Shown: positions 36,641-49,360 of the stretch, in pieces
Position numbering within the stretch: position 1 is the stretch's first letter
Layout of the letters: each line of letters starts with the position of its first letter
From: Entomortierella parvispora E1425
Taxonomy: Eukaryota; Fungi; Mortierellomycota
Length of the DNA stretch: 64,000 bases
NCBI GenBank assembly: GCA_020891255.1
Contig: BQFW01000001.1
Span: 744,001 to 808,000, forward strand
Direction of reading: 5' to 3'
The notes under the pieces: generated by a model
Told to the model about the DNA's origin: nothing
What the model saw: only the letters and a program-made list of their open reading frames with translations
The model's database searches: none
Translations under genes and position numbers: made by a program

Positions 36641-37579
36641 TTGTCGTGTTTCCTCTCGTCTATCTTCTTGTACGAAGCACCTTCGACAACTTATTGTTCA
36701 TTGTCCAAAAGACCGGCCAACTCATCCGAACCACTTGGCGACTCTTCACTGCCGCCCTTGCGTTGGTACTCCGCCTCGCTCGACTTTCTATTCCTCTCGT
36801 TCATATCTTGGCAAGTCTCGTGTCGATTGCATACAGGAAAGATCTTTGGCTCATCACCCTCTCACTTTCAGTCCTCCCTTATATTCATCGGTACCTTCCT
36901 AGCACTCTTCTTACTCCAACTTGGCCTGACCTTCTCTCCCTCGTGGTTGATCCACTGGTTTTGGTTGTTCTCGTCATCCATTTTCTTCTGGTTACAATCG
37001 CTTTTTCCTATCAGCTGGTTTTCAGAAGTAAGGAGATACTTCGAGTCGTTTTTCGTTGGAACGTCGCTGTCCTCAAGTTCTCCCTCACTTTCGCCGTTGG
37101 CAGACTCGCCCTCAAAATCATCTCTATCACCTTCAGCAACTTCGAAGACCACTACTCAGCACTTCTCCGCTACTACAGTCACTACATCCTTGTCCACCTC
37201 CACAATCTCTTCGACCACGAGTGACCTAGTCAGTACCGCCATTTCAGCTTTCTCAACAACAACCACCGCTGTTCCCTCTTACCCAGAGTCTATGTCCGAG
37301 TCTCAGTCTTCAGAAACGCCATATATTCATCAAGAAACAGCTACTACTACGATCCCCTTCTCAATTATTTCCACTGCAACCGCCCCTTTCTTGACCTTCA
37401 CGGCAACAACACTTCCATTTCTATCACCCTTCAAAACCTCTGACTCTCTCTACACACCATCCCCTACGATGAGTGAAGACATCACCACAGCTGATACCAG
37501 CGAGGTGTACGCGACAGAAACAACTCCCCAACCAACTACGACCACTACTTTCCCTTCATCCCAGCCCAACGGCCACTGA
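36641..37579 (+). CDS. Hypothetical hydrophobic + Ser/Thr-rich ORF (overlaps a second same-strand ORF 36481-37224)
   Basis: 312-aa ORF with a mucin-like TTT/STT C-terminus; no recognised family. Confidence 0.3.
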   Translation: MSCFLSSIFLYEAPSTTYCSLSKRPANSSEPLGDSSLPPLRWYSASLDFLFLSFISWQVSCRLHTGKIFGSSPSHFQSSLIFIGTFLALFLLQLGLTFSPSWLIHWFWLFSSSIFFWLQSLFPISWFSEVRRYFESFFVGTSLSSSSPSLSPLADSPSKSSLSPSATSKTTTQHFSATTVTTSLSTSTISSTTSDLVSTAISAFSTTTTAVPSYPESMSESQSSETPYIHQETATTTIPFSIISTATAPFLTFTATTLPFLSPFKTSDSLYTPSPTMSEDITTADTSEVYATETTPQPTTTTTFPSSQPNGH

Positions 37580-37676
37580 CCCCGGAGGGAAACACAACTA
37601 GTTGGCAGCCACAAGATCCACCCCACAGTGGCGCCACACAGCACAGCTTTTGACAAGATTCCTGATTTTCTATTTG

Positions 37677-38445
37677 TCAGGATGACTTCTCAAGGACATG
37701 GTTCCTCGACCCCCCGGCAAAATCAACGTAGGTGATGTCACTGCTTTCCGCGGGTACTGCCTGGTCGACGAGTATGAGGTTCAAGGCCGTGGGTATACCC
37801 ACAACTTTGTTCTCGATGGTCCAGTCAGGATCATTCCCCGTGGACCATCGTTTTAGAACTTGCCGGTAGCACGAGCTGGACAGACGGTTCGTATTTCCTG
37901 CTTTTGTTTGGCTCGGACACTGAGTCGTTCTGCGTCTCATCTTCGCCGTTCTGTTCATTCTCTTCTCCAGTTTCATCTTCACCGACCTCGTTAGTTGTCG
38001 AGCTCTCTGTATCACTGAGCTTAGGGTCGGGAACAGAAGACGATTCGAAAGGCACCGCGCCGACATCAATTTCCGAAGAACAGTGATTGTACGCAGCCTC
38101 CGCTTGCTTAAAACCCAAGTTCTGGACAAGCACCCCCGCACTCTTGGAAGTTGTTTGGCTGTTGAGCTGCAGAAGGTGATCGGCCCAGAATTCCTTTTCG
38201 TTGTTGGCTTGGAAAAAAACAAACACCAAGCTCTACGCTGTCGTTGATTAGAGGCAAATACGCATTTGTCGCCGATTCTTGGTCACCTCAGCCGAAACCG
38301 CTTCGCAAATGCGGGGAAGCTCACGTGTTCCTTGGTTGACTGCTTCATGAACAACCACATAAGGTGTGGTCATCTGCGGGTATCTGTCAAGGTTATAGGC
38401 ATATTGTACACCCAGAAGAAAGGAAGTTAATTGAAGACTTCCCAA
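37677..38445 (-). pseudogene. Degenerate ORF of unknown family
   Basis: Protein-like segments YAYNLDRYPQMTTPYVVV, FWADHLLQ, an acidic linker and DWTIENKVVG, broken by stops and frameshifts. Confidence 0.35.
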
Positions 38446-39918
38446 AAGAGTTTCACATTGGTGTCATCGCAAGCAAAACAATCCAACAGAATGGTCAATG
38501 GTACCACACAAGGCATAGCCAGAGAACCATCCTGATGACCACCATTGTCGCATCCACTTCCCGCTCGGTAGAGCCCGCAGTATATCTGCTGGAGCTAAAG
38601 AGGCCAGGCTACTAATGACAAGGTGTTTCTACATGGGAAAGAAACTAATTTCTCACTTACCAAAACCAGTCGGGCCAGAAGGATTGTGAACGTGACGAAA
38701 AGAAGAGTGAGGAGGTTGAAAGTTTGAAAGTGTGAAAGAGGCGAAGAGAGAGGTCATGAGGTTGAGATGTGCGCCTCGAGATTAAATGGGTCTCGAGGGA
38801 GAAGCACCAGGACGTCAAATCTCAAGATTGGCCCCTTAAACACACCTTCGAAAGAGCAAAGGATGGTGGTGATTCTTTGCAAACTCGATCCCACTTTGTT
38901 GCAAGCCGGACCACAGAAGAACAGCCGGAAAGCACAAACAACCTCCCTAGACTTGTGCCAAGAAGAAAACGATGCTGAAATGAGAGGTAAGAGGATATTG
39001 AGGCGAGATAATTGCTTGGGGGTTCAAAAAAAACCCCCTCCAGTTGGGTTTTCGGATCCTTCATGAACGATCGTGAACTCAGGAAGGAGGCCAAAACCAA
39101 AGAGACCTGCTTATGAAAGCAACTTGCTTCTGGGTCTACTGGCATGTGCTTTCCTCTTGGTTGGACTATAGTAGTAACAAGCTTTTTAATCTGTCTGTCG
39201 CACAGACAACGATCCAATTTATTTTGCGTTTCGACCGAGCTTTCACCAACAGCCTCATTCCCTCCTTCTCCCCCCAAAAGGCCGCAATGAACAGTAAAGC
39301 CGCGCGTTGTGAAAACAACTGCCGCTCTGGGCCCCCTCCTTCACCCTGGCTCTTTAAGAAAAGAATGGGTTGCTTTGTGAGTTTGTGACCACTACGGCAA
39401 ATATCAGTATAGGCAATGTTCTCTCAATGTTTTTGTGGAGGAGCATAGGCAAGAAAAGTCCCCACAAACAATCACCGCATGGTTGGAGTTTTTTTTCATT
39501 TTTTTTATTGCGCATTGTTGACTAGACTCGATAACTCAGCCCTGGTTCGGCTGCCAAGGCTTCTGCCGCAGGTGGACCTTGAAAAAGCAGAGCAACGGCC
39601 ACATGCACAGGATGTGGAGGTGTAAAATTGGGGGGAGTATTAGAGGGCAGGTATGTGGGGCAGGGTGGCTCGTCCAGCACATGCAGGCAGGCAAGGATAC
39701 AGAGGCAAGGGTCGACCCAAGGACAGAGTGAGAGCCGAAAGGGACGGACACCAACAAACAAAGTCCACAAACACAAAGTCAGCCAAAAAGAAGAAAAGAG
39801 TTGAGAGCGGCTGGCATGAGATGAGAGCACGCTAGCAGAGAGAGAGAGAGGAAAACAGGGCCGACTGTTTCTCGTTCTTGGAAGAGAAGGAAAAGAATGA
39901 AAACCACACTCCTTTCCT

Positions 39919-39924
<6 letters not shown>

Positions 39925-40008
<84 letters not shown>
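39925..40008. repeat. (TC)n microsatellite, ~42 units
   Basis: Uninterrupted tctc run ~120 bp upstream of the TTC39-like ATG. Confidence 0.97.
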
Positions 40009-40012
<4 letters not shown>

Positions 40013-40126
40013 TCTGTCCTTCCTCACTCTCTTTGCTGTCAGCTCTGTGCCGCTCTCGGTCTCGCTACCCCCTCTTTTGAATACATCTCTGCTCCCTTGG
40101 ACCCTGCGATCGTCCAGCCGAGAATC

Positions 40127-42704
40127 ATGTCGTACCCACAACAGCAACCACCGCCCATCAACCCGTCTCGACGAACAGCGGCCTTCCCCACCCTCAAAAA
40201 GCCCGTCCCGAACTGGCATCGACTGGTTCGACCTCCTCTTCCAGATTCTTCTCCCCGAAAGTCCTCTCTTGAGAAAGCTCTGGACGAAGATCTGGCAGAG
40301 CTCCGGATTGTCATGGACTTTTTTCTCGACAACAAGATGAACCAAGGAGAAGAGTTGCTTCGTGGACGTCATAAACCTGAATCGATGTATTATACTTTTG
40401 GAAAGGCTCTCGTCGATGCTTTGAAAGCCATCCTGAGTTTCCACCCCGATGACATTGAGAAGGCCATGAAGAGTTTTGATCTGACCTTGAAGGTGACCAA
40501 CAAGCAACGCAAGAGTGCGAACCAATATGCAGTGACGGGATCTGTCAGGGCCTTTGGAAGTTGGGTGGTGGGAACAGTTGGAGGAGGGAGTTTCCGAGGA
40601 ATGACCAGGATCGAGAAGCATGCTGTAAGGGTCTTTGATGGAGCGAAAGGGTTCATGTTCTAGACAAAGGAAAGAGGGCAAAGCAACTTCAAAGAAACTG
40701 ATCTCTTCTGAACATTTTTGTGTGGAAATAGGAACTTGTGTACGCAGAGGCAACCATCCTTCGAGCAGGATTCAGTGTTCTTTACCATCAAGACTTTTGG
40801 TCCTTGCTGGAAGAGTCCGTCTCATTGCGTTCGGCATTTGCCATCTTCAACGGCCTGAAATCTCATTTTGATCAAGTGGAGGCAGAGCTCAGGGCAGGAG
40901 GTGACATCACGGAGCATCATTTGGACGAACATCTTGTCACTGGTCTGATCTTTGCGGCCTCCCTCTTCAACATTGTCATCAGTTTCTTACCCGACGTTAT
41001 CATCAAACTCCTTCAGTTTGTGGGATTCCCCTCTGATCGCGACTGGGGACTGGCGCTTTTGAATACGGCGGGAGAATGGAACCCCAACGCCGTCGGGACA
41101 GAGACCCCGCTCGAGCTCCAAGAACGTATGGCTTCTCATACCAACAGTGGCATGCGACGTCAGATCTGCGACGTGGCCCCGATTGCGATTCATTTGATTG
41201 CCGCCTCATTCTTGCCCTTCCGACATGTGGACTATTCGTTTGCAGAGCAAATCAACAATTACAACTTGCACCGATATCCAAATTCAATGTTGTTCTTGTT
41301 CTTGAAGGCCAGGCACGCACAAGTCAACACTCGATTAGAGGAGGCGATTGCGATCCATGAATCGTTTCATGTGGAGGATCAATGGAAGAAAATCAAACAC
41401 GCACCCATCTTTGAACAATTGATGTGCGCCATGATGGAGAGCGACTATGATCTGGCATGTACCAAGAGCAGGATTCTCCTGAGGGAGAGTATGTGGACAA
41501 AGACCATTTTCAGATATCTGGCCGCGATCACGACCCTGACGAGAGGCATGCCCAAAGAAGCGAAGCGCGTGGACGAATTGATGCAGAAGGTCGAGCCAGG
41601 AATGCAGACATTCTGTGGAGTCCATATTTTCCCAGAGGTAATTGTCCGCTTCCTGACCCTGTTTTCTATATACAAAGTTCGGATAGGGTTGCTGACAATC
41701 CTGTTGTGCATTTTTTTTAGACGTATTGTGCCAGGAAGGCGAACCGGTATTTGAACGAAGGTCGTCGGTTGCTTTTGCCCGATTACGACTTTTTGGTGCT
41801 CTGGAACGGATTTGACATGATGCCTTTGAAATCCCTCAGGGTCGCCCTTTCTAATATCATGGTCAAGGTGGAGGAACTGGAGACGCTTCTGCCTCCTTCC
41901 ATGGTCGGTATTGCAGACAAGCCACTGCCCAAGGGTGGATACACGATCGAGGCTACCAAGGGTCTTTTCTCCGCCCTTCGCAACCCTATTCACACGCTTA
42001 CCAAAGCCGACAAGCTGGAGGATTATTCTCATTTCTATGACGATTTCTGTATTGCTCATTATCTTTTGGGTCTCGTCGCCAAGAACATTGCCTTCTTCCC
42101 TGACGAACCTTATGACGCAGACATGGCCACTTTGGCCGTTCGATCGTTCAAGACCGTGTTCCGGTATGCGCCCTATATCATCGACGATACCTACGCCTAC
42201 TATTTCTCCCATTACAACATGGGTTTGATTATGAGGCACTATGGTCAATTGGATAAGGCTGAGGAAAAGTTCAAGTACCTCTTGAGCACGATTAACCCTA
42301 CTCTCTTGGGTCTGCCAGCTCTGGTCGCGGGTAAGGGTCGCAACTCGCTCGAGGTTTTGATCTTGGCAAAGGCCCATGCTGCCATGTTCCTGTTGAACGA
42401 GGACCATCAGAACGGACAGACTTCCACCTCCTCTGCCTCCGTTTCCAAAGTCGAGCTTCCCGGGATCAGCCCCACCACCTCAGCCTCTTCATTTGAGGTC
42501 AACCAGATTTTGACAGCAGGCATGAGCGGATTGGCAGTACAGCCTTCTTTGCCGGGATCGACCCCGTCCTTCTCGGATCAGGTTTCGTTGTCATCGGCCA
42601 CTAGCACCACCAAACTATACAAGAACGCATCTCCAATCCAGCGCGAGTTTACACAGTTCCCCACTGTGCCCACCGTGGATTTTATTGGCCGCGACCGGTC
42701 GTAA
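40127..42704 (+). CDS. TTC39/Iml2-family TPR protein
   Basis: MDFFLDNKMNQGEELL, SMYYTFGKAL, LLQFVGFPSDRDWGLALL, YPNSMLFLFLKAR, PDYDFLVLWNGF; three exons with GT-AG introns near 40625-40735 and 41638-41720. Confidence 0.88.
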
Positions 42705-42864
42705 GGGCAAGGAAGCAGCTTGTCCCCTCTTCTTTGCAGTCCACTCCATATCAAATGTTATACCTATACCCTTCTTAAATAAACCATTTAGTCCAATGAA
42801 AGGTTTTTGTGTCTATATTTTCACGTTTATTCTAAGATAACAATCCTTGTGCAGGGATTTTGTC

Positions 42865-43905
42865 TTAACCGTATCTGAATCCCAAAACGAATCCACCAGC
42901 AAAGGTAGACTTGAACTGAAAGTTCCTCGTCAAGAGCTCGAGCAAGCCTCTGAATCCATGTTTGGCGTCGTTGAGGGTGACCTGACCATCCTGATCCAGA
43001 TCAAACTTGGATTTGAACTTGCGTTCAATCTTTGCCCAGTTCACGGTGATGTATCCCTGGTTGGCCAACAGTTGCAGCGAGACAAAGCCCAGACCGACGA
43101 CCAACATGGCCATCTTGCCCAACTTCTTGACCAGGTATCCGGAGCAGAGTCCCATGGCCATGCCAAATGTCAATTCCTTGCTGTTGATCCAGGGTTCCTT
43201 AGTGTCAAACTCCTTTTCGAAATCATAGGGTGCTGTTTCTATGATGGAGCAAAGTTAAAAAAAAAAAAAAAAAAAAAAAAGATCATAGGGTCAGTTTCTT
43301 CCTTCACTTTATATCGTCTCCAAGATGTAGTTTTTCAAGATGACGAGTGATGATACGTACTGGTGGCGGCGGCACAATGAGCGACCCGAGCCGTCGGAGC
43401 CAATCCGGGGTGCATCATGGCGACCTTGTTCCAGATCAAGGGTCCAAAAAGACAGGTGGTGGCAGCGCCTGTTCCGATCCAGCCGTTGATCCTGGCCGTT
43501 GAGGGTCCTGCACTCTTCAAGCCCGCGACCTGTGAAACCAGAGAGGACTGTGCGGCATTCCTGCGGACTGATAAGAAAGGTCAAAAGAAAAAAGAAAAAG
43601 AAAAAATAGAAAAGCGATTACAATCTTTGTTGCATGCATTCCAATTGCACCCCGCAGGAGCTAGTAGAGCGGATTCCATCCATTCCGACTTTTTTTATTT
43701 AGGAGGAACACTTACAACCTGCGGATGAGTTTGTGGAGGCGAAACGGATCTGGTGCAGAGGAGACTTTGACTGCCAGACGAGGGGACGGACTGCAGCAGT
43801 GTTTGTGCATGGGCGCGCGTGGCCGATGGAGGCCCTGAATGCGGTGGAGACCGAGGTGGAGATGGCGGCTGAGTGCCTCAACAAGCCCAGTGATGAGGGA
43901 AGCAT
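42865..43905 (-). CDS. FUN14-domain mitochondrial outer membrane protein (FUNDC-like)
   Basis: LTFGMAMGLCSGYLVKKLGK..LVVGLGFVSLQLLANQGYITVNW..GGFVLGFRYG; Arg/Ser-rich presequence-like first exon. Exact splice sites of exons 1-2 are uncertain. Confidence 0.85.
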
Positions 43906-44463
43906 GGGGGGTGGTGAGTGATGAGGAGGAGGAGAGAGGGGAAAGGTGGGGATAAAGAAAAGAGAGAGAAAGAAAGAGAGAAAGAGAAGGGAAAAGAGGG
44001 AAAAAGAAAGAAAGAGACAATGCGACAATGCGACAATGCCCGGAAAGGAAATCTCAGTCCTCTCTCGCGTGGTCTTGGCGTGGGTGGAGGTCTTGCTTGG
44101 TGGCCGGGTCTGGAACTGGGGCCAGCCGATTGGCTGATGGCACCAAGGACAGCGAGGGTGGATCCGGGAGGCAGGAGAGGCGAGGATGGGGCAGGCCAAG
44201 GGTCCTTTCCGTCCTATCCTCCTTGCGTCCCTCGTGTGAAGGATGAAGAGTGTTGAAAGAGTCCTTTTGGGCGCAGAACTGACCTCGTCACGTGGGCCGC
44301 GTTCATTTTTATCTTTTTGGTGCATGCATGCATTACATGCAACTCTTTTTTTTTGTTGCTCCTTTTCTTGCTCACTCTCGCTCAGTCACTTGTCCCTCTT
44401 CCCTTCCTTCCTAAAGTTACCACCAATAACTCGACAGCATCGGACTCAAACAGGATAGATACA

Positions 44464-46640
44464 ATGGCCCCCGCGAACAGGGCCTGGATTCGGGGCAGGA
44501 TGGCTGCCATCAAAAAGACCTCCGGGATCGCATTCTCTGAAGAGATCTTTCTCTCCATCCTCATCTGTCTCGTCGCCAAGGGCAAGCACCTTGTTCTTCA
44601 TACCACCCCAGAGATCCTCCCAGAGCTCAAGAGCGTCGTCGAGCAGGTACAGCAGGATGGCCGTCTTTCCCAGAAAGCATTGACAACGGTCATCCATGAA
44701 TGAATTGCTGGTCCCCTGACCTGTTTTATTATTATTTTGGTCCTGATAGCATTGTGCCACGGTCTTTGGCCTGACGACAGCGACCATTGTCTGCCATGGA
44801 CAGCAAACAAGGGCCGATATCATTGCCGCCATCAGTGGACGCCATGCCGACATCCACACCAACTCATCCACACCCTCCGCACAGTATCAGCTCCCAGGAA
44901 GTGTACACCATCATTTACTCAACCATAGCCACCACCACAACCAGGGCCATCCACATCATCAGCATCACCAGCATAACCAAGCATCGTCCTCAAACCACTA
45001 TCAACATTATACGGACGATAATACCCAGCGCGGTGGTACCCGACAAAGGACAGAGAGATCACGTCGATCCATCGCTACAAGTCATTCGGAGGCATCCGAC
45101 TACAGTGTGCGTCCTTCAGAGACCATGACACCATCCATCATTTCATTCAAGACAGCAAGCGAGCGGGATCCCATGGATGCTGGTAGCATCCACATGCGGA
45201 CCTCTCGGCGGTCACAGCAGCTCTCTTATTTTACTCCTACAGCTTCATCTACATCAACACAATTGCAGCAGCAATATTCTGCAGGGACATCAGTAGGGGG
45301 AGGAGCAGGAGGAGCAGGAGCAGGAGGAGGATCAGGGCTAGGAGGATATTTGAATACCAACAATGGCGCTCCTGGGACCAGCAATAGTCAAACACCTGTA
45401 ACGCCCGTCGACTTTACATTTCCTAGACGACGGCATGAGAGCGTTTCAATAGCGGGCACCGGAGGAGGGATGGAAGAAGCCTCCGGTGTAACCTATGGTG
45501 GTCGTCGAATCGCCCAAGCTATTATCCTGGATGGGCTTGAGAACGCTAGTCAAGAGATCTTTGCAGTGATCATGGAGGTGAGGCGAAAGCGCTTGTTTCT
45601 TCTTTTGCTCCATGGACGATTATATTGAAGTTGATCGCCGTTGTTTTTTTTAGATGATTATTACAAGAGAGATCAACGACAGGAACCGCTATGTTTTCCC
45701 GGATTTGATTGTAATTGCAGTCTTCAACTCACCGACTGTGCCCGACAACATACCCAAGCAGTTGGTACATGACATGACTACGATGAAGTCCAGGACGGTT
45801 GTTCATTGTTCATTGACACACTTGGTTTCCTAACAGTCGCCTGGCCTGTTTTTTCGTTCTTCATATAGCTCGACTACTTTGCAATCAATGGATCGTATTA
45901 TTTTTCAACACCGCAACCAAAGCCCCAATCTGTGCCTAATCGAAGGCATGCTCTCTTCCGCCGGACTGTAAGCTGTCCTTTCTTTTCTTTTCCTTTTTTT
46001 TTATTTTTATTTTTTATTTTTTTTATGGTTATCTTCCCTCCTAACTTGTCTCCTGTTTGTATTGTCGTAGGATTGGGATGAACTTTCGAAACGGATGAAG
46101 ACAGTGACAGTTGCCAATGATATGACTCGCTACATTCGTGATGTCATTGTTGCCATCAGGACACATGAGGCTGTTCATGGAGGGCTCACAGCGAGGGCAG
46201 CATTAGACCTGGAGGCGATCATGAAGTGTGTATTCTTTGGACTCTTAATGCATGCATGGACTCTCTCTGGTTTCTCGATGCCACTCGTTATTAACTCATA
46301 TCTGCCTTCCCGCCTTTTTTTTTTTTTTTTTTTACCCAGGACACTAGCGGCTATCTTCCAGTCCAAGTTTGTGACCCCGGAGCTGCTAACGATCGCGGCG
46401 GAAAAGGTCTTTTCTCACCGACTGCAACTTAAATCCGCACGGATACGACGGATACAACAGGGCCGGGAACATGGTGAGAACAGTCCTCCTTCTCATCCTT
46501 CGTCCGTATCGCGCAGATCGTCCGACAACTTTTCAGAATCATCTCGGCAATCTTCCTCGGAGGAACAGGATGGCCAAGACGCAACGACGGCCATGGACGT
46601 AGTCCAGGACGTACTCAAAGTGGTGTTCCCACCCATTTAG
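44464..46640 (+). CDS. Fungal protein with MoxR/ChlI-like AAA+ lid domain (degenerate AAA)
   Basis: Multi-exon; IILDGLENAS..., VTVANDMTRYIRDVIVAIRTH..GGLTARAALDL, FVTPELLTIAAEKVFSHRL, DVLKVVFPPI*. Confidence 0.7.
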
Positions 46641-46949
46641 GAATGATCGTATCCCCTTCCCCTGTGTTGTTACCTACTCTACTTCTTAATATCATTAATA
46701 CACTTGATACAGCGCGAGGATGTCAGAGATATATCAAAGTCAAGGTTATGAAAATAAGGAATGAAGCGAAACACATCGGATTTGAAATACCAGTGGGGAC
46801 TCAACAGGCACAAAGTACATGCTATAAGGTGGTATAATCTCATTCGACTCCCAGCGGATAGTCCTTTATCCCTGCAGCGGCTTGTCTGGCCCGTTGTCTC
46901 CGGTATCGATCGGCGTTGGGGGGCAAAGCAGTGGGGCCACTGCTTGTTC

Positions 46950-47323
46950 ATCCAGTCCGAGCTGAGCGATGGGATTCAATGTGGGCTGTCATTCTCTGAC
47001 CAGTGCATTGCCAAACGACAATTCCAGATTGTTAAGGTTGCAAACACATCGTGTCGGTGCAGTAGGTTGCCATGGTTTCTGCCAAGGGTACTCGAAAAGT
47101 GACTGATATACTTTGCGACAGATTTTAGTCAGCTCTGGGTAGCCTCACTGCCGTGGGCATCCCACTGGTCATTGCCCATCACTGCCACCGTGTGGTACAA
47201 GTAAAGAAGCCATATTTGACTGAACCCTTTACTAACTCTGACACAGATCGCTATTGTAGCAGGTTCAAGATGCATTTGCAACCATATCGAAAATCTCTTG
47301 TGGAAAGGCTTCAAGACGATCAT
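46950..47323 (-). pseudogene. F-box gene remnant
   Basis: LPQEIFDMVAN / (1-bp shift) HLEPATIAICVRVSKGFSQIWLLYLYHTV forms an F-box motif, followed by stops. Confidence 0.5.
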
Positions 47324-47991
47324 GAGGTAAAGCTACAGAGGAAAAACTATGAGGCTAGGATGCAAGAAGGAGAGGGGAGGGGAAGCAGGATGCAGCACTC
47401 GCCTTATATCGAGGACATTGGCCTCTAAGGCGATTTTAAGATCGTTGCTATAGTTGCGATGATCATGATGGTAGATGGTCCTTGCGACACGAATAATCTT
47501 GTTGCCAATATGACGGAATAGTGCTGTGTCTTGAGGTAGGATAAAAGGCGGGTAATCTTTTGGCCACACAGAGAGAGTAGGCGATATACCCAGCAGGAGA
47601 AAGGATTATGATGGCTGCACAGATCAACTAGGTCTTGTTATCAATGGCCGCGACCAGTGCTGGCAAATAGACTGGGCAAGGTCCATGTCGTGACCAAATT
47701 GTCTCTTTTCCGGCCTTCCTCACCTTCATTCTTTCTCCTCCCATCGTGGGCCACCGCTCGCATTGCCGAGTACCCAGTTCAGTTTGGATCGTCAAATCCG
47801 GAAGAAAAGGAGAAGTGGTCCATTTACTTGGAGTCGGCGGAAAGTGCAGCAAGAGTTGGTCAAGTCAAATCATCACCAGGCTACGGGGCATTTTTTTTTT
47901 AAAGGGAGACGTGCCCTGAGTACCATAGAGTACCGTATATGTTTTATTTAAATATATAGTCGCGACTGTTATAACGACTTTTTTCTTTTTT

Positions 47992-48282
47992 TTAGTTCTT
48001 GCAGTAGTTGTAGCTGTAGATCTGAACACAGGCGGTGGACATGGTGGCGCAGACATGCATGGCAGGGCCATTGTCCGAGGCGTACATGATGGCGGCGGTG
48101 TTGGCGGTGCTGGTGACAGTGCAGGTGATGCACTCGTACTTGCCCTTGGCGCGAATGCTCAAATCACCCGTGTTGCAGGCCTGGTTGTTGTCACGCTTGA
48201 CCACGTTGACATCTGTGGCGGGAGAGGCTTGGGCCATGGCGGCAACGGCGGCAACGGCAAGGGCAACAAAGGAGAAACGCAT
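47992..48282 (-). CDS. Small secreted 6-Cys protein with Kex2 propeptide (96 aa)
   Basis: MRFSFVALAVAAVAAMAQA-SPATDVNVVKR-DNNQAC...CITC...C...C...CKN; strongly C/G-ending codons; single exon. Confidence 0.85.
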   Translation of the reverse strand: MRFSFVALAVAAVAAMAQASPATDVNVVKRDNNQACNTGDLSIRAKGKYECITCTVTSTANTAAIMYASDNGPAMHVCATMSTACVQIYSYNYCKN

Positions 48283-49360
48283 GGTGAGTTTGATTGGAGG
48301 TTTGTGAAGAGGGCGGGGTGAGGTGGAAACCTTAGAGTGTTGAAGATTGATGGATAGAGAATAAGAAAGAAAATTCCTAGTCGCAGCTTGGTATTTATGT
48401 GAAAAAAAATAAAAAAAAAATAAGAAATCTCTGAGTCCGCGGGTGGATCAAAAACTTTTCTGTCTATTGTCACTTCTTACAGTCATAGAGACCCGTTGGG
48501 TGCTAGTGGACAAACGGCAATGGCAAAGCCGAGGGCGAGGGAGAGAGACTCGATGATGGATTATGATGCGATTGACATTGTTAAGAATTTGGTTTGCAGG
48601 GGCCACTCTCCGCCAACGGCCCTCCTTTCACATGTGGTTCCTTAAACGGCAAACCTGCAGGAATGAAGATGGCCAATAATTGAGTTTCGTACCTGAAAGG
48701 CAGCCGCCGTAGTTTTGCCACCAGCGCAGGACATGAGAATAATCGATAACATGTCAACATGGATGGGGGGATGTTCCGTGGCGTCAACCCCATGGATGCA
48801 TGAATTACTCAGAAGAGGCTCTCTCGATTTACGCGTATTTGTATCCGCGGAGGATGTACAAGCGCAAGATCTGAAGCAGAAAAAAAAAGTAGATCAAGAT
48901 GCAGGAAATCGACTCGGTGCGCCATCCAAGAGGAACCAGCCGTTGAGCACCGTTTTTTTCTTTTTTTTTTGTGGCCAGCCAATTAAAGACCGCGTTTGTT
49001 CAAATACGAAAATAAAAACTGTGGGCAAGGGCAAAAGAGCCCAGCAGGAAAGATGAGCTCCGGGGAGGTTGCGAATGGACTTTTTGCTCCCCTGGGCAAC
49101 GGTGTTTGCATTCTGTCGATCAAAACACAGGAAATCAGCGCAAGTATTCCTATTGAACTTTAGGAGGGAGACACGTCCTTGCCTACTTATCTTTGCCGAT
49201 GGGGCGGGGGCGAGGGGGTCTTCGTTTATCGAAATAAGAGCAAGACAAATCTCGCTGCCACGGTATTAATAACTGCTGGTTTACATTCGAATGAACGAAC
49301 CTCTCAGATTATCTCTTCCGCTTCAATTTGAACATCCTCCGGTCCTTTATTCACCACATC

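Noticed and set aside
39779-40753. 324-aa minus-strand ORF with an (RE)n tract
   Set aside because: Antisense shadow of the TTC39-like gene plus translation of the (TC)n microsatellite.
41445-42407. 320-aa minus-strand ORF
   Set aside because: Antisense shadow of TTC39-like coding exons.
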